Of a stretch of DNA of 64,000 nt, positions 23,940 to 37,630 are shown piece after piece (within the stretch, counting starts at the first letter, position 1; each line of letters starts with the position of its first letter). The notes under the pieces are model-generated. The model had not been told where the DNA came from. It searched no databases and was given only the letters and a program-made list of their open reading frames with translations. A program made the translations under genes and the position numbers. The stretch is from Octopus sinensis (Eukaryota): NCBI RefSeq assembly GCF_006345805.1, contig NC_042997.1:133300001-133364000 (forward strand), written 5' to 3'.

Positions 23940-24145
23940 TAATAATAATAATAATAATAATAATATATACATAAATTTATAAGTATAAAGTATTAAATTA
24001 AATATTTTTAAAATTTAACTTTAAATTTAAATAATTTAAATTTTGAATTTTATATTTTATATTTTTATTAATAATTTTTTTTCTATGTATTGGTTTATGA
24101 TTTTCACTGTTTGATTGCCTAATAGTGGTTTTATCTCTAATTTAA

Positions 24146-24213
<68 letters not shown>

Positions 24214-24220
24214 TTACATA

Positions 24221-24360
24221 GGCGTAGGAGTGGCTGTGTGGTACGTAGCTTGCTTATCAACATCATGGTTCCTAGTGTCTTTTACTATAGCCTCGGGCCG
24301 ACCAAAGCCTTGTAAGTGGATTTGGTAGACGGAAACTGAAAGAAGCCCGTCAAACATATG

Positions 24361-24391
<31 letters not shown>

Positions 24392-24612
24392 CTGTGTGTG
24401 TGTGTATATTTGTGTGTCTGTGTTTGTCCCCCCAACATCGCTTGACAACCGATGCTAGTGTGTTTAGGTCCCCGTAACTTAGCGTTTCGACACAAAAGAC
24501 CGACAGAATAAGCACTAGGCTTACAAAGAATAAGTCCTAGGATCGATTTGTTCGACTAAATGCGGTCCTCCAGCATAGCCACAGTCAAATGACTGAAATA
24601 AGTAAAAGAGTA
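24221..24612 (+). mobile_element. SINE family A, with small internal deletion
   Basis: Head GGCGTAGGAGTGGCTGTGTGG, tail GACTGAAATAAGTAAAAGAG. Confidence 0.95.
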
Positions 24613-24641
24613 TATACATATATATATCATATATATACATT

Positions 24642-24942
24642 AGGTTTTAAATGTTGAGTTCTGACAACTTATCAGCATCGCTATGACTCAGCCTCAGTTC
24701 ACTGAGGATCTGTTGTGGTTGAGTATATATATAAGTATGATTTTCTATATATATATATATATAAGAGATGAACACAAATTTATATTAATGTTCCTACGAG
24801 CGTTTCAGCATTTGTTTGTTTGGAGCTCTGCGATAGATGTTCCAAATCCATATATATATACTCAACCACAACGGATCCTCAGTGAACTGAGGCTGAGTCA
24901 TAGCGATGCTGATGAGTTTTCAGAACTCAACATTTATAACCT
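24642..24942. repeat. Inverted duplication, ~92-bp arms (24642-24733 / 24851-24942), inner ends in TATATATATA
   Basis: Arms AGGTTTTAAATGTTGAGTTCTG..GGTTGAGTATATATATA and its reverse complement, with about 4 mismatches. Confidence 0.9.
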
Positions 24943-27027
24943 TTAGAATTAAGCGTCAAGCGAGTGCAAAGCGTAATTAACAAATGATACAAGAATGAAA
25001 GTCATGTTTTCAGTTTCATTACCTTACAGCTGTTTCTGTTATGAGAAACAGTGACTTAGAGCTAAGTGTCAGTGTAACATTCTATTGCTTCCTCGGAGGC
25101 ATTAAAATGGCTACGATACTGCAGTACTCATCACTCTACAGGGAGCTAAAAATCTCCAGTTTTAGTTGCTGCTTAACCTAGGCTCTAAGGTAACCAAGTT
25201 TAAATGCATTCCGGTTATAATTGTTGCCTTTCATTCGTTGACATATTGTCGAATATTTTGTATCTTGGAATACATTTATTTTCATTTCGTATTGCTTTGT
25301 CAGAGGGAGAATAACACTGCACATGACCCATTTTCTGTGCTTCAAGTACTTGTAGAAGGAAGGGGAGATATCTTCGGGCCGAAGAGAGCTGGAATGAATG
25401 TTTAAAGTCACCCCAGGGTCAAATAGTAATTTTAGACAACGTAATGCATTAAAATAGTTATTCCGAAAAGAAAAACGATCATCGACTGGCCTCTGCAGCA
25501 ACCGGCTTCAAAACTATACTCATATAAGACCTCGGTCGACCCGATAAATTAATATTGGCGCAAAATCCCCAAATTTAGTCGATTTCAGGAACTGTACCTG
25601 GAAAGTTTTGAAGATTCGTATTTTATCCGTCAGTTTTGATCTTAATGCAAAAACAAAGGGTGAAGACGTTCTCTCCTCCACGTCACCCATTGGCTTCCCT
25701 ACAAGAAATTTAAACTTGAATGAATAATCCGGACAGAAATTATGTTTGATTCAAGAATGGTTTCCAAAGAAAAGTTCTTGCTCAAAGAAATAACATATTC
25801 CTACAAAAAGGACGACATAGAATTAATGTTCTAATTAATGAACAATCGACAATTATGTATAAATATAGAAAATAAAAAACTGACTTTATAAATTCTCAGG
25901 ATTGCAAATTTAAATTAGTAATTAAATATAATTATTAATCAACATACACTTAATATGGTTTCACTCCTTTTCTCTTTAACAATTAAAACTAAAATAAATT
26001 AATTTTGTTTTATTTTTCCGAATTTCACTCGAAGACAATTTTTATTTATTTATTTTATTCTTCTATGTTTCGTTTTAGTTCTATTTTTTAAATCATATTT
26101 TCCGTTCTTTTGTTTCTTATTTGAGCATCTGTGTCGCGTACATGCATTTGACTGTATGTTTGCATGTATATGACGTTGTGCTGGTCTGTAGGTGATTCTA
26201 CGTTGTCGATACGTGTGACGGTGTGGGAACTAGCTTCATAATTAAGAAAATGTAAATAGATGATTGAATAAATAAAGCAAACAGGAGAATAATTTTATTT
26301 CAATAAATTGAAATATTAATTGAATTGATTATTTAAAGGCAATCTCCAATCTATATACTGAGCGAACCAATTAACGACTAGTTAGACACATAATTAAATC
26401 TAACTAATTTCTTCGCTATGTAACAAATCATTTGTCAAGTACAAAAGTACCAGTTTTCTTTTCTTTTTTTTTTGTTGTTATTTTTTTAAAAATTTATTTG
26501 TCGTGTGAAAGCTGGTGCTAGATATATAATGAGGTCAAACATAAAAGATGGTTGCTTGATAAATAGAGACAAAACTGGTTATATTAAATTCAGTAAGGGT
26601 AAATATATTTAAATATAATTTCGCCAAATCTTTTACGAATACGTAAACATACTTAGTTTTATTCGCGAGATTTAGTAGACATTTACGTACTCCAAATTAA
26701 AAAGAGTACATAATCAAGATCTTGACTTCAAGCCTACATGTTTACAGGAAATGGCTAAATTAGATGCTGGTTAACAAACTCGGGGAACCACCAAATTGTT
26801 GGAACATTAATGTAGACCTCGCTTCCATATAACGTACATGGAAAAGGGAACCACAATAGAACATATTTCAATAAAAAGTATTGAAACATTAAGCAGTGTC
26901 AGAGTGCTACCAAAACGTATACTGATTGTACCTATATATAAGTATGAGTACTGAGCTAGTTTTTAAATAATTTGGTTACGTGGAAAGAACAGCGGAGAAC
27001 AGCACACAAATAGCCCGGTACAAAGTC

Positions 27028-27270
27028 TATTTGGTTGTCAAACGACGTTGGGGGCAAACACAGACACACAAACATATACACACACATGCACACACACATA
27101 TATATATATACATATACAACGGGCTTCTTTCAGTGTCCATCTACCAAATCCACTCACAAGGCTTTGGTCGGCCCGAGGCTATAGAAGACACTTGCCCAAG
27201 GTGCCACGCAGTGTAACTGAACCCGGAACCATGTGGTTGGTAAGCAAGCTACTTACCACACAGCCACTCA
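27028..27270 (-). mobile_element. SINE family A, 5' portion
   Basis: GGTTGTCAAACGACGTTGGGGGCAAACACAG..CTTACCACACAGCCACTC. Confidence 0.9.
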
Positions 27271-27864
27271 ATTCTAATAGACCTTGGTCTTCATTCTTCC
27301 GTAGTTTCTGGAGCCTATTCACTCTAATGATGTCAAAAGGATTAAAGAAAGAGACTTGAATAGAAAGTTTACAAGTTGAAAGAAATACGATACGCGAACA
27401 TATTATCTTCATGAATATATAAATAAACGTATGTATATATATATATATATATATATATGAATATATACATATGTATTAAATGCACACACACACATACTCA
27501 CGCATATATGTATATATACATGTATATATGTATAAACATATATGTGTGTGCGCGCATAAAGCTATGTCTATGTATATATATATATAAATATAGGGGTATT
27601 AGCTCACGTACGTATGTACGTATGTATGCGTGTATGCTTGTATGAAATGATTCGTTTTCAAAAGTTTAACGAGTAGGAAAGATATAATAGCATGTGAATG
27701 TGGAACAGTCTTTGGCTCTTTCTATCAGAACATTTCTTATCCCAAGATTTACGCACCATTATTTAGAGCTTTTCTACTTTGAGGTCAAATGTCAAAATAG
27801 AATTATTTTACACCATCACAAACTTTCTGAATTCATATAGCGGCAACAACACATACATACGTAC

Positions 27865-28417
27865 ATGGTGGCTGCTCCCTCGTTATTGAGTATGTCCCTT
27901 GCACGAAGCTTAATCAATGTTGTTATCATGCAATGCCTGTGCAAGAAGATTTTTTTTAAAGTGAGGAAAGGCTGTGCACTGAGTCAATCCCACTCACTAA
28001 GCAACAACAGCCATAATCCGAAAAGAAGAACAAGTCAACATCATCGGTAACCACTGAGCCGCAAGTTTTATGTCGGAGTTATCCCAGTTACCTGAGTTAG
28101 CTTCTCCAAGAAGGATGCCCTAACAAAGGCTAGGAGTCCTTCACTCCCAATGGTTTAACCGCGCGATCGGGTATTCAGTCCGATTATTTCTATGTCCCCG
28201 CGCATGATACAGCCATAAGACATTTATTGGATAGCCGTTGACTCTCAAGAGTTCCTCCGCCCTTTGATGGGTTTCGTTTTTCATCTCGCAGGGTGTCCAA
28301 TAAACACCCTCCTCACCAAGCAAGCTTGGTGGGGTTGCCGGTTTAGTCGCCGACGACCCGACCATGCAACAGGTTGTACTGGGTTACATGTTACCAGTAG
28401 CACTCGAAAGTGACCTG
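27865..28417 (-). mobile_element. RTE-like 5' UTR-derived element in a (CATA)n tract
   Basis: Minus strand has GGGCATCCTTCTTGGAGAAG..AACTCCGACATAAAACTTGCGG, resembling RTE 5' UTR motifs as I recall them; similar motif at 37320-37630; hairpin-rich 5' end. Confidence 0.45.
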
Positions 28418-28464
28418 ACATACATACATACATACATACATACATACATACATACATACATACA

Positions 28465-28495
<31 letters not shown>

Positions 28496-29498
28496 GTTGC
28501 TCAGTTAAAGCTACAGCTTTAAATCTGCTCGGACTTACTTCGCTTCGGTATTTCCCATCGATAACGGCTAAAGAGCTAGAAACGCTGCTCCTATAAACCG
28601 ATAGGGGACAGCACTGGACCGATATGATGATTTTACACATTTAAAAAAATTTTTATCATAAAAGAGAAGTTTTACTTGGCGGTAAATGCAATGAATTTGC
28701 CTTTAGAAGCTGAAATATATCACAAACGTATATTAACTAAGCTAAATTTCCTGTATGACTAACCATTGCTAGCGCTTTACGATTATAAATATCAAAGAGA
28801 AAGAGAGAGAGGGAGAGAGAGAGAGAGACAGAATGAGATATCAACGGATTGAATGCCATGCATCTTCCAAGTAAGTTTTATCTTAATAATTATGATGCGC
28901 ACGCCATACGATCTTTTTACTGTTTCGTTGTTCTCTCTTTCTCTCTCTTATTCTTTAACCTCCTCTTCTCCCACTATTCTATCCTATTACTCTGTCACTC
29001 TCATTCTCTCACTCCTCCTCTCCTGCTTACGTGACACCCATGTGACCATCGGCTATCTTTCTTTCTTCGAACTTTTGTTTCTTTCTTTCACTCCGGTGTA
29101 GCTAGAACAATGAAGATGTGCTCTTGTCTGTCTCATGTCCAAGCTTTATTTACGCGATCGCCACCACAACCTTGTTTAGGCTTCGAAGCCCTTCCTGTTT
29201 GTTTTCACTGTCCTGTTTGTTTTACCAATTTTGACCCTCCTCAAAATATAAAATTTAATTTAATTTCCTTTGCGGGAGCAGCTCTTTTATCAAAAGCGTA
29301 TATTGTTGTTAAATGCTCGAAATACGAGAATAGAAAAGCAGCCAAATTCTAAGAAATGGTCATTTTTTATGTTGTTTGTCTTGTCTTCCATTTGTGTCTT
29401 TCGTTGTTCGAAACAATAGTTAATATTCCGTATACTCGTACTTCATATAAATTTTCTTGGTGTACACGTTTCGTGATGTCCTGTCCTGTGTACAAATA

Positions 29499-29564
<66 letters not shown>

Positions 29565-29592
29565 CGTGTGTGTGTGGTGTGTGGTTGTGTGT

Positions 29593-29624
<32 letters not shown>

Positions 29625-29627
<3 letters not shown>

Positions 29628-30013
29628 GAGTGGCTGTGTGGTAAGTAGCTTGTTTACCAACCACATAGTTCCGGGTTCATTCCCACTGCGTGGTACCTTC
29701 GGCAACTGTCTCCTGCTATAGCCTCGAGCCGACCAAAACCTTGTGCGTGAATTTGGTAGACGGAAACTGAAAGAAGCCTGTTGTATATATGTATGTGTGT
29801 ATATATGTTTGTGTGTTTGTCCTCCCAAAATCGCTTGACAACCGATGCTGGTGTGTTTACATCACCGTAACTTAGCGGTTCGGTAAAAGAGACCGATAGA
29901 ATGAGTACTAAGCTTCCAAAGAATAAGTCCTAGGGTCGCTTTGCTCGAGTAAAGGCGATGCTCTAGCATGGCCGCTGTCAAATAACTGAAACAAGTAAAA
30001 GAGAGTAAAAGAG
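29625..30013 (+). mobile_element. SINE family A, full length
   Basis: Head GCAGGAGTGGCTGTGTGGTAAG, tail GAAACAAGTAAAAGAGAGTAAAAGAG. Confidence 0.95.
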
Positions 30014-30512
30014 TATATATATATATATGCAAAATACAAAATACATCAGAATTTCGATTCAAGCATTTTGACTATGCTAGTTCTTTTCTTAAACTTCTTC
30101 TTCAACGTTATGTGCATGCATGCATGTGTATGCGTGTGTGTGCATGTATGTGTGTGTGTGTGTGTGTGTGTATGTGTGTGTGTGTGGGTGCATGAGGGGT
30201 TAGCAGCCTACGTAATTTCCCATAGGAACGAGGTGATTTTAAATAATTACGATAAATCAATGCGCCAAGGGTGGAGTAATATCACTATCTAATATTGAAA
30301 TTCAGAATATAATATTAAGAAAGAAATGAAAAATAAATAATAATTTTTTTACTTGTTCTATTCGAAATTTCAATTTGTACGTATTTTGATTAAATTTTAA
30401 TTTAACACTATGTACAGTCGATACCATGATATTGGTATTCTTATTCTTCACTATAATTTCTGTCTAAGAGTTTTACAGTTTTTATATATTTTAATTATTA
30501 CTATTTTATATG

Positions 30513-30880
30513 TGAGCTTGCAGAACCGTTAGCATGCCGGGTGAAATGCTTAGCGGTATTTCGTCAGCCGTTACGTTCTGAGTTCAAATTCCGCCGAGGT
30601 CGACTTTGCCTTTCATCCTTTCGGGGTCGATTAAATAAGTACCAGTTACGCACTGGGGTCGATATAATCGACTTAATCCGTTTGTCTGTTCTTTTTTGCC
30701 CTCTGCTTAGCGGTATTTCGTCTGCCGCTACGTTCTGAGTTCAAATTCCACCGAGGTCGACTTTGCCTTTCATCTTTTCGCAGTCGATAAATTAAGTACC
30801 AGTTACGTACTGCGGCCGATCTAACTGACTGGTCCCCTCCCCCAAAATTTCGGGCCTTATGCCTGGGGTAGAAAAGGATT
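30513..30880 (+). mobile_element. SINE family B head-to-tail dimer (type-1 tail unit then type-2 tail unit)
   Basis: Two TTCTGAGTTCAAATTCC..CCTTTCATC cores; junction at ..GCCCTCTG|CTTAGCGGTATTTCG. Confidence 0.9.
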
Positions 30881-30892
30881 TTATTTTATATG

Positions 30893-31280
30893 GTTATATG
30901 ATTAATATGCTCGGTTTGCAATCGCATCGTTTCGGGTTCAATTCCACCGCGTGGCATCTTGGGCGAGTATTTTCTATAAAAGCTCGGAACCGATTGATAC
31001 CTCATGAGTGAATTTTGTAGACGGAAACTGTGTGGAACCTCTCATATATATCTAAATGTGTGGAACCTATCATATATATTTATTTGAGTGTGTGTTTGTT
31101 ACCCCAACACTGTCGGTGTTGGTTTGTTTACATCCCCATGAAATTAGCGTTTCGGTAAAAGAGAGTTAGTACCAGGTTTTAAAACAAGTACTAGGATCCA
31201 TTTAATCGATTAAAAACCTTCAAGCGGGTGCTCCAGCATGGTAGCAGTCAAATGACTGAAACAAATAAAGGAGTTAAAGA
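30893..31280 (+). mobile_element. Old SINE family A copy
   Basis: CGGGTTCAATTCCACCGCGTGGCATCTTGGGCGAG..GTAGACGGAAACTG..AAATGACTGAAACAAATAAAGG. Confidence 0.75.
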
Positions 31281-31289
31281 ATATATATA

Positions 31290-31671
31290 TTTGACTGAGA
31301 CCTTGCTAGAGCACCACCTTGAAAGTTTTTATCGACCCCAGGACTTATTTTTTTAAGCCAAGAACTTATTCCATCGGTCATTTTGCGAAGCTGCTAAGTT
31401 ACGGGGACATAAACATACCAACACCGGCTGTCAAGCGGTAATGCGAGGACAAGCACAGAGACAAAGCCACACACACGTACACACACACACACACACATAC
31501 ATATATATACGATAGGCTTCTTTCAGTTTCCGTCTACCAGATCCACCCACGCGGCTTTGGTCGGTCCGAGGTTGTAGTAGAAGACACTTTCTCTAGATGC
31601 CCCGCAGTGGGACTGAACCTAAAACCATGTGGTTGGGAAGCAAGCTTCTTACAAGCAGCCACGTCTGCGCC

Positions 31672-31672
<1 letters not shown>
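31290..31672 (-). mobile_element. SINE family A, diverged
   Basis: Colinear with the consensus; tail-to-tail with the preceding copy. Confidence 0.85.
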
Positions 31673-31733
<61 letters not shown>

Positions 31734-32041
31734 ATCTTTAGTTAAATATTCAATGAGAATATGATATACTGAATTTATATCGAGTGGTCTATTTTATTAA
31801 AGTATTTATACTATTAAAGTATTTATGTATTTAATACGAGCGATTATATATATTTTATAAAATATATTCTTATTAATATCGGGAAATCAATATTAGAAAA
31901 TTCTTCAGAAAGATATATACGTGTGTAAAATAATTGTTGTATTAAAAATATAATTATATATAAATATATGTAAATATGTATAAGTATAAATATATAGAAA
32001 TAAATATGACAGTTTAAAGGTTTCGAATTAAGTTTTTAAAG

Positions 32042-32556
32042 CATTTTACGATCGTTTCGTGCGTCCCTATTATGGAATTCTATATTGATAAGCATTTATT
32101 GACAACTCTTCTGCTCTTCAGAGATATAAATGTGAAATATGTATAATTCATCGAATGGTCGATTTTTTTAAAAATATGAAGTGATATGGGAAAATGGTGT
32201 TTGTTTGAAATATAAATTTAAAATTAAAAATTACTGGTTTTGATTTTAGTAAGTACACTTTAGTATGAGAGTCTTTAAATCCATATATGCCTCCTTGGTA
32301 AGTCTTCTGAAATAATCCATAACAGTTATGTGTAAAATCCATTATATTGTCCTGTATTCCAAATCTATTTCATAGAGTTAGATAATATAGAATAATGGAA
32401 TCTTATATTGATAAGCATTTATAGATAACTCTTCTGCTCCTCAGTGATATCAAATGTGAAGTTTGTATAATTTAACGAATGGTAGTTCTTTTTAAATTAT
32501 GAAGTAATATGGGAAAATGGTGTTTGTTTGAAATATAAATTAAAAATTAAAAATTA
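32042..32556 (-). repeat. Tandem ~325-bp-period duplication with degenerate hammerhead cores
   Basis: Blocks 32066-32234 and 32393-32556 are similar; minus-strand cores CTGAAGA (32115-32121) and CTGAGGA (32438-32444); GAAAC-GATC-GTA at 32047-32058. Confidence 0.7.
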
Positions 32557-32578
32557 GAGTTGTCTATAAATGCATACA

Positions 32579-32632
<54 letters not shown>

Positions 32633-32844
32633 CATACATACATACACACAAAGATGCATGCACACACACATACGCATATACATACATAAATGCATATATA
32701 CATTCATACGCACACATATACGTACATACACATACATACATGCACAAACACACACATACATGCATATATACATATATAAATATATACACACATCCACCAT
32801 ATACATACATACACACAAATGCCTACATATATACATACATACCA

Positions 32845-33509
32845 AAACACTCGCGTATTTGGCGTGGGAGACTATTGATCGAAAATACGATGAATACTAT
32901 CTTCAACTTTGAAGCCAGAACTATCAACCCTTTTAAATAACTGGTTAATCTCCAGATGAATTAACTGAGGGAGCTTTTTATTCAAGATCGTTGTGAATTT
33001 CGATTGAAACTTGAATTTAGCATGCAGCAAGTTACTACAAGAAACATAGCTGGACACAACATCAACAACAACACAACCGAGGAACAGAAAGAAAACAACA
33101 GCTCAACGGGCAAACAGATTCTTTCTAGCTGTGGCCATAGAATGATTAGTGATTTATTTAATTGTTATAGAAGAGCGAAACAAAACCCCGCTGTTGGATA
33201 TGTGAACAGATTGAAATCATACAATCATACTGGGACGATCTGTACTCGGAACTGAATCATTTTACTGCGAAACAATTACGCCAATAAGCAACATTTGTGG
33301 AACATAGGATAAAAGTTAGTGAATGCAACTTTATTAAAAAAGATCTGAAATTAACCTTCTCCCACGTGGTTTTGCAGTTGAAGACATTCCAATAAATTCT
33401 AAACTGCCTGCCAGCCAAACTACATTACAGGCTAAAATAACTGACCACTGTCCCTCTACTACGACTATGGTAAATAGCAAGCACATCCGCAACGATTATT
33501 ATTGTTGTT

Positions 33510-33558
<49 letters not shown>

Positions 33559-36500
33559 CAGTAGTAGTAGTACCCAGGATTGTATAGCGGTGAAGTACGC
33601 CCTTACTAATATGTTACAAGAAGAAAATCTTTGGCTTTGAAGCACTCTCTCGAAGAGAGAGTATTCTTTGCCAGAGTAAACAAAAGACCACCAGACACGA
33701 TATTAAAAGCTGCTAATGAAATTGGAGACGAAAATTTAAAACAGAGTAATGAATCCTAATTCTGGCAGATTAACGCATGTCTACTATTGCAAATGACGTT
33801 CAAGAAGTAAACAAAACCGAAGCAACGAAGAAAACGTCATCGGGAGTTTTGAAGACGCAGAAAAAAAGATAGCTGATTTCTGGAAGACCATGAGCCATGT
33901 GACGATGCTTATTGCTTACAAACAAGAAAATTACTCTACACCTCACCAACAAAGAGTGAAGGAGATAAAAGTGATGTTTAGAGGTAGCAAATAGAGGGCA
34001 CTCAATTGCAAACTGATCACTCTCAATCAGGAGGTAAAAGCTATCAGTGAGAAACTCCGACATCAGAAGAGAGTAACCGAGAGAAAAATAATAATAAAAA
34101 AATTTAGCTGGAACCAGGCAGTAGTGTACAGAGACATGAGATGAGAAGCAGTGAACATCATAAAATCTTCTTCACAAGAAGACATAGACTCGTTCTGGAG
34201 GAAAATTTGGGGTGAAGAAATGGTGTTTAACCAAGATGTTCGGTAACTGGAAGAAATTCGAACAAGTTCTTGTCCTTGCATTATACCCAAGACACACAAC
34301 ATTGAGGGTTATACCCTTATGACTGTAATCTAGAAACTTCAATATGTAAAACTACTTGGAAGAGACTTGATTGATTGATACTGATACAAGAAGCTAACAT
34401 TCTACCGACCATATCTTATCAACCTGTACCAGCAAGCTCTCAATGGGAATAGTTGCATACCAGACTGGTTAGCTCTGGCAGAGGCAAAACTGATCCCCAA
34501 ATGCAGAACCACCCACATGGCAAAAATCTACCGGCCAAGTGCATGCCAGAACTTAATGTACAAAGTATATACAACGTGTTTAAACCTTTTCCTCCAAGAC
34601 CATTGTGAAAGTAATAACATCATCACAGCAGAACAAGCAGATGGGTAGAAGGGAGGGTGGGTAAGTGCCGAAAAATTGCAGAGGTGCGGAAGCAGAAAAG
34701 AACCTAGGTTCAATGTAACTAGACTACAAGAAAGCCTTTGATGCTGTCCCCCACTTATGGCTGCTAGAAGCCCTTCAACTTGCTAAAATTTCAGTGAGCA
34801 TAGTCAAAGCCATAGCTAATCTGCCTTCATCGTGGACCACCATCTTGAAACTAAACAGAAGGAGTGATTGTATTATCACTGATACAATATCGCAAAGACA
34901 TATTCCGAGCGGACAGCCTCTCTGTGATGTTGTTTGTACTTTCCGTAAATCCCTTTTCATTCATCTTAAGGAAGTCTGAAGGATATCTCACTGGTTCACA
35001 AGGAAACAGAAATACCAAAATTACACACCATTTCTTTGTGGATGACTTGAGTTTTGACTTGGTTACAACATTCTCAAAGGATACAGGACTGGCGTATGGT
35101 CAAGATAAATGTTGCTATATGGTTGTGAAAATAGGGACTGTAAAAAAGACTAGCAACATCTCCATCAGTGAGTTGACTGTTTCCTCTATATCTAATCAGG
35201 AATGTTACAGGTATCTATAGGAGGATAAAACATATCATACAATGGCACCTGTAACAAAACACGTGAAACTAACGAATATTACAATCGAATAAAGAAAATT
35301 TCGACCTCGGAACTCACTGTATTCAATAAAACAATAGCCCGCAATGTTTTTGCAGTGCCAGTACTCATACGAACATTTGGGTTACTTGATTGGACGCTTG
35401 ATGAGATCCGAGACATTGATGTGAAAACCAAAAAGATACTAATAAACACACATAATTTCCACATCAGCAGTGACGTAGACCGCTGCTACCTAAAACGAAA
35501 TCAAGGCGGCAGAGGTTTAACATTGATCCAAACTGCCTTTGAATGTCGTATCATATCCCTTCGGCAACATCTTTTAACCACCAAGTGTCGAAGTACATCC
35601 CAAATACGAGGCTGATAACATTATAAGACTTGGAAGGCATCTGATTTGAGCAGCATTCCTTGGCTGATAACCTTAAATACATGCCCAAAGAAGTCGCACA
35701 ACTTTACTGCAATGTATCGTCAAATGAAAGGGTGAGCGTATGTGAGCAGAAGACCAGGCATGGATATGTTAGTAGAAAGCTCAGAGATGATAGTAACGTT
35801 GATCAACAACGGATTACTACCTCCCACTTTGAAGGGTATGCGTTTGCAATCCATGAACAGGAAATATCAACCACTTACTAGATGCACAAAAGGGACAGAT
35901 GCAGAGAGAGCAGTAAAATGTGACAGCCTATGCAGACTTTGTGGAGTTAACACCGAAGATATCACTCGCATCATAAGCAGTTGTCTGAAAATGTCATCAC
36001 AGTATTATCTACTGATGAGAAATGATGTAGCTAGGACACTGTATAACAAGATCCGTCGGAAGGATAACCCCGAGGACATAGAAATAAGGACCCACATTAT
36101 GCTAGAACTTATAGTCACTCATAATGAAAAGGAGTACTGATGGAATGTCACAGTGAAAAGCTCAATAAAATGTAAGCGCAACAGATCTGACATAATGATC
36201 TGGAAGAGAGAAGAGAAACTGTGTACGGTTATGGAAATCAGCTGCCCAGCGGATAAAGCTAAAGATCAGTGGAAACGAAAATGCTTACGCTGAACTATTG
36301 AGAAATTCTCAGTTACTCTATCCAGATTACAAGTCCAGGTTTGTACCTGTAATTATGGAGGCACTAGGATATGTAACGCACTGCCTAAACACCTAGATCA
36401 ATTAGGAAGAAAAAAGCTGGTTCGAAGACTACAGATCCAATCCATCACTTGAACTGAAAGCAACGTGTAAATCTTTCCAGAAGTTTATCATTTAAGTATA

Positions 36501-36755
36501 TATGAGCATATCTAGACATGCATGTATATGCATGAGGATACATACATAAGACAAAACATAAAAATCTGCACACATACATACATACATATACATACATACA
36601 TACATACATACATACATACATACATACATACATACATACATACATACATACAAAACTAGCCTGTTGATGTTGAAATTTCAAGGAGACTTGGATCTAGATT
36701 GGAAAACGGTTCTGACTCTATTAGCAAGAAATATTGAAATAAAACTGAATGGCAT
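32845..36755 (+). mobile_element. Near full-length decayed R4/Dong-like RLE LINE
   Basis: In order: YRRAKQNPAVGYVNRLK; RT motifs YRPSACQNLMYKVYT, DYKKAFDAVPHLWL, ADSLSVMLFVLSVNPFS, FFVDDL, GGRGL; knuckle CRLCGVNTEDIT..C; RLE RSDIMIW..EISCP; 3' UTR with internal (TACA)n. Many stops and frameshifts; an (AGT)n sits at ~33509-33570. Confidence 0.9.
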
Positions 36756-37319
36756 GCATGCATACAAGCATACATACATACATACATACATACATACATA
36801 CATACATACATACATACATACATGCATACATACATACATACATACATACATACATACATACATACATACATACATGCATGCATGCATGCATGCATGCATA
36901 CATACATACATACATACATACATACATACATACATACATACATGCATACATGCATGCATACATACATACATACATACATACATACATACATACATACATA
37001 CATACATACATACATACATGATGAGTAATGTCATTGGTTGTTTTTTCTTTTCAACAAGACCAGCGCAGAATGTGGTTTTTCAGTTCTGCTTTCATCTTAC
37101 AATCTTATGAACAGATGTGGCAACTATGGGTGCCTCTTGCAGCAGATGTTCAAAGAGCTTACCTCCCACGCTGACAGATGCTTTCATTCCATTACTGAAT
37201 TTTTATCGAGTATTTCGCCTTTTTCGGCAACAGCGAACCACAATTTGCAACACATAATATGGACATTAATAGGAATGTTAAAAACCAATACTGCCACTTG
37301 AAATTATTTAGAGTGAGGA

Positions 37320-37630
37320 AAGTATTGTACGGGACCAATCCGACTCCCTAAACAACATGTGTTTGCCAAAAATGGGCACCTAGTCAACATCAGAGGCAAA
37401 CTAAGTCGCAGGTGTTACACCAGAACTGTTCATCTCCAAGAAAGATGTCTAAACAACAACAAGGGGTCTCTCACTTCAAGTTGTTGGATTTCTGTTGAGT
37501 GCTGAGTTTATTCACCCCTTGAGAAGCTTTGTCTTTCGTCCTGCAGGGTTCCACCGAAAACCACTCACTTTACCAAGAAGATTTAATAGGGCTGCTTGTT
37601 GAGTAGCCGACAACTCGACTATGCGACATG
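37320..37630 (-). mobile_element. Second RTE-like 5' UTR remnant
   Basis: Minus strand GACATCTTTCTTGGAGATGAACAGTTCTGGTGTAACACCTGCG parallels the motif in 27865-28417. Confidence 0.35.

Noticed and set aside
25022-25075. GAAACAGCTGTAAG motif on the minus strand
   Set aside because: No CUGANGA core positioned next to a stem II.
25555-25760. Minus-strand open frame with possible exon (KPMGDVEERTSSPF..)
   Set aside because: Splice sites are plausible but there is no homology or neighbouring exon; expected by chance.
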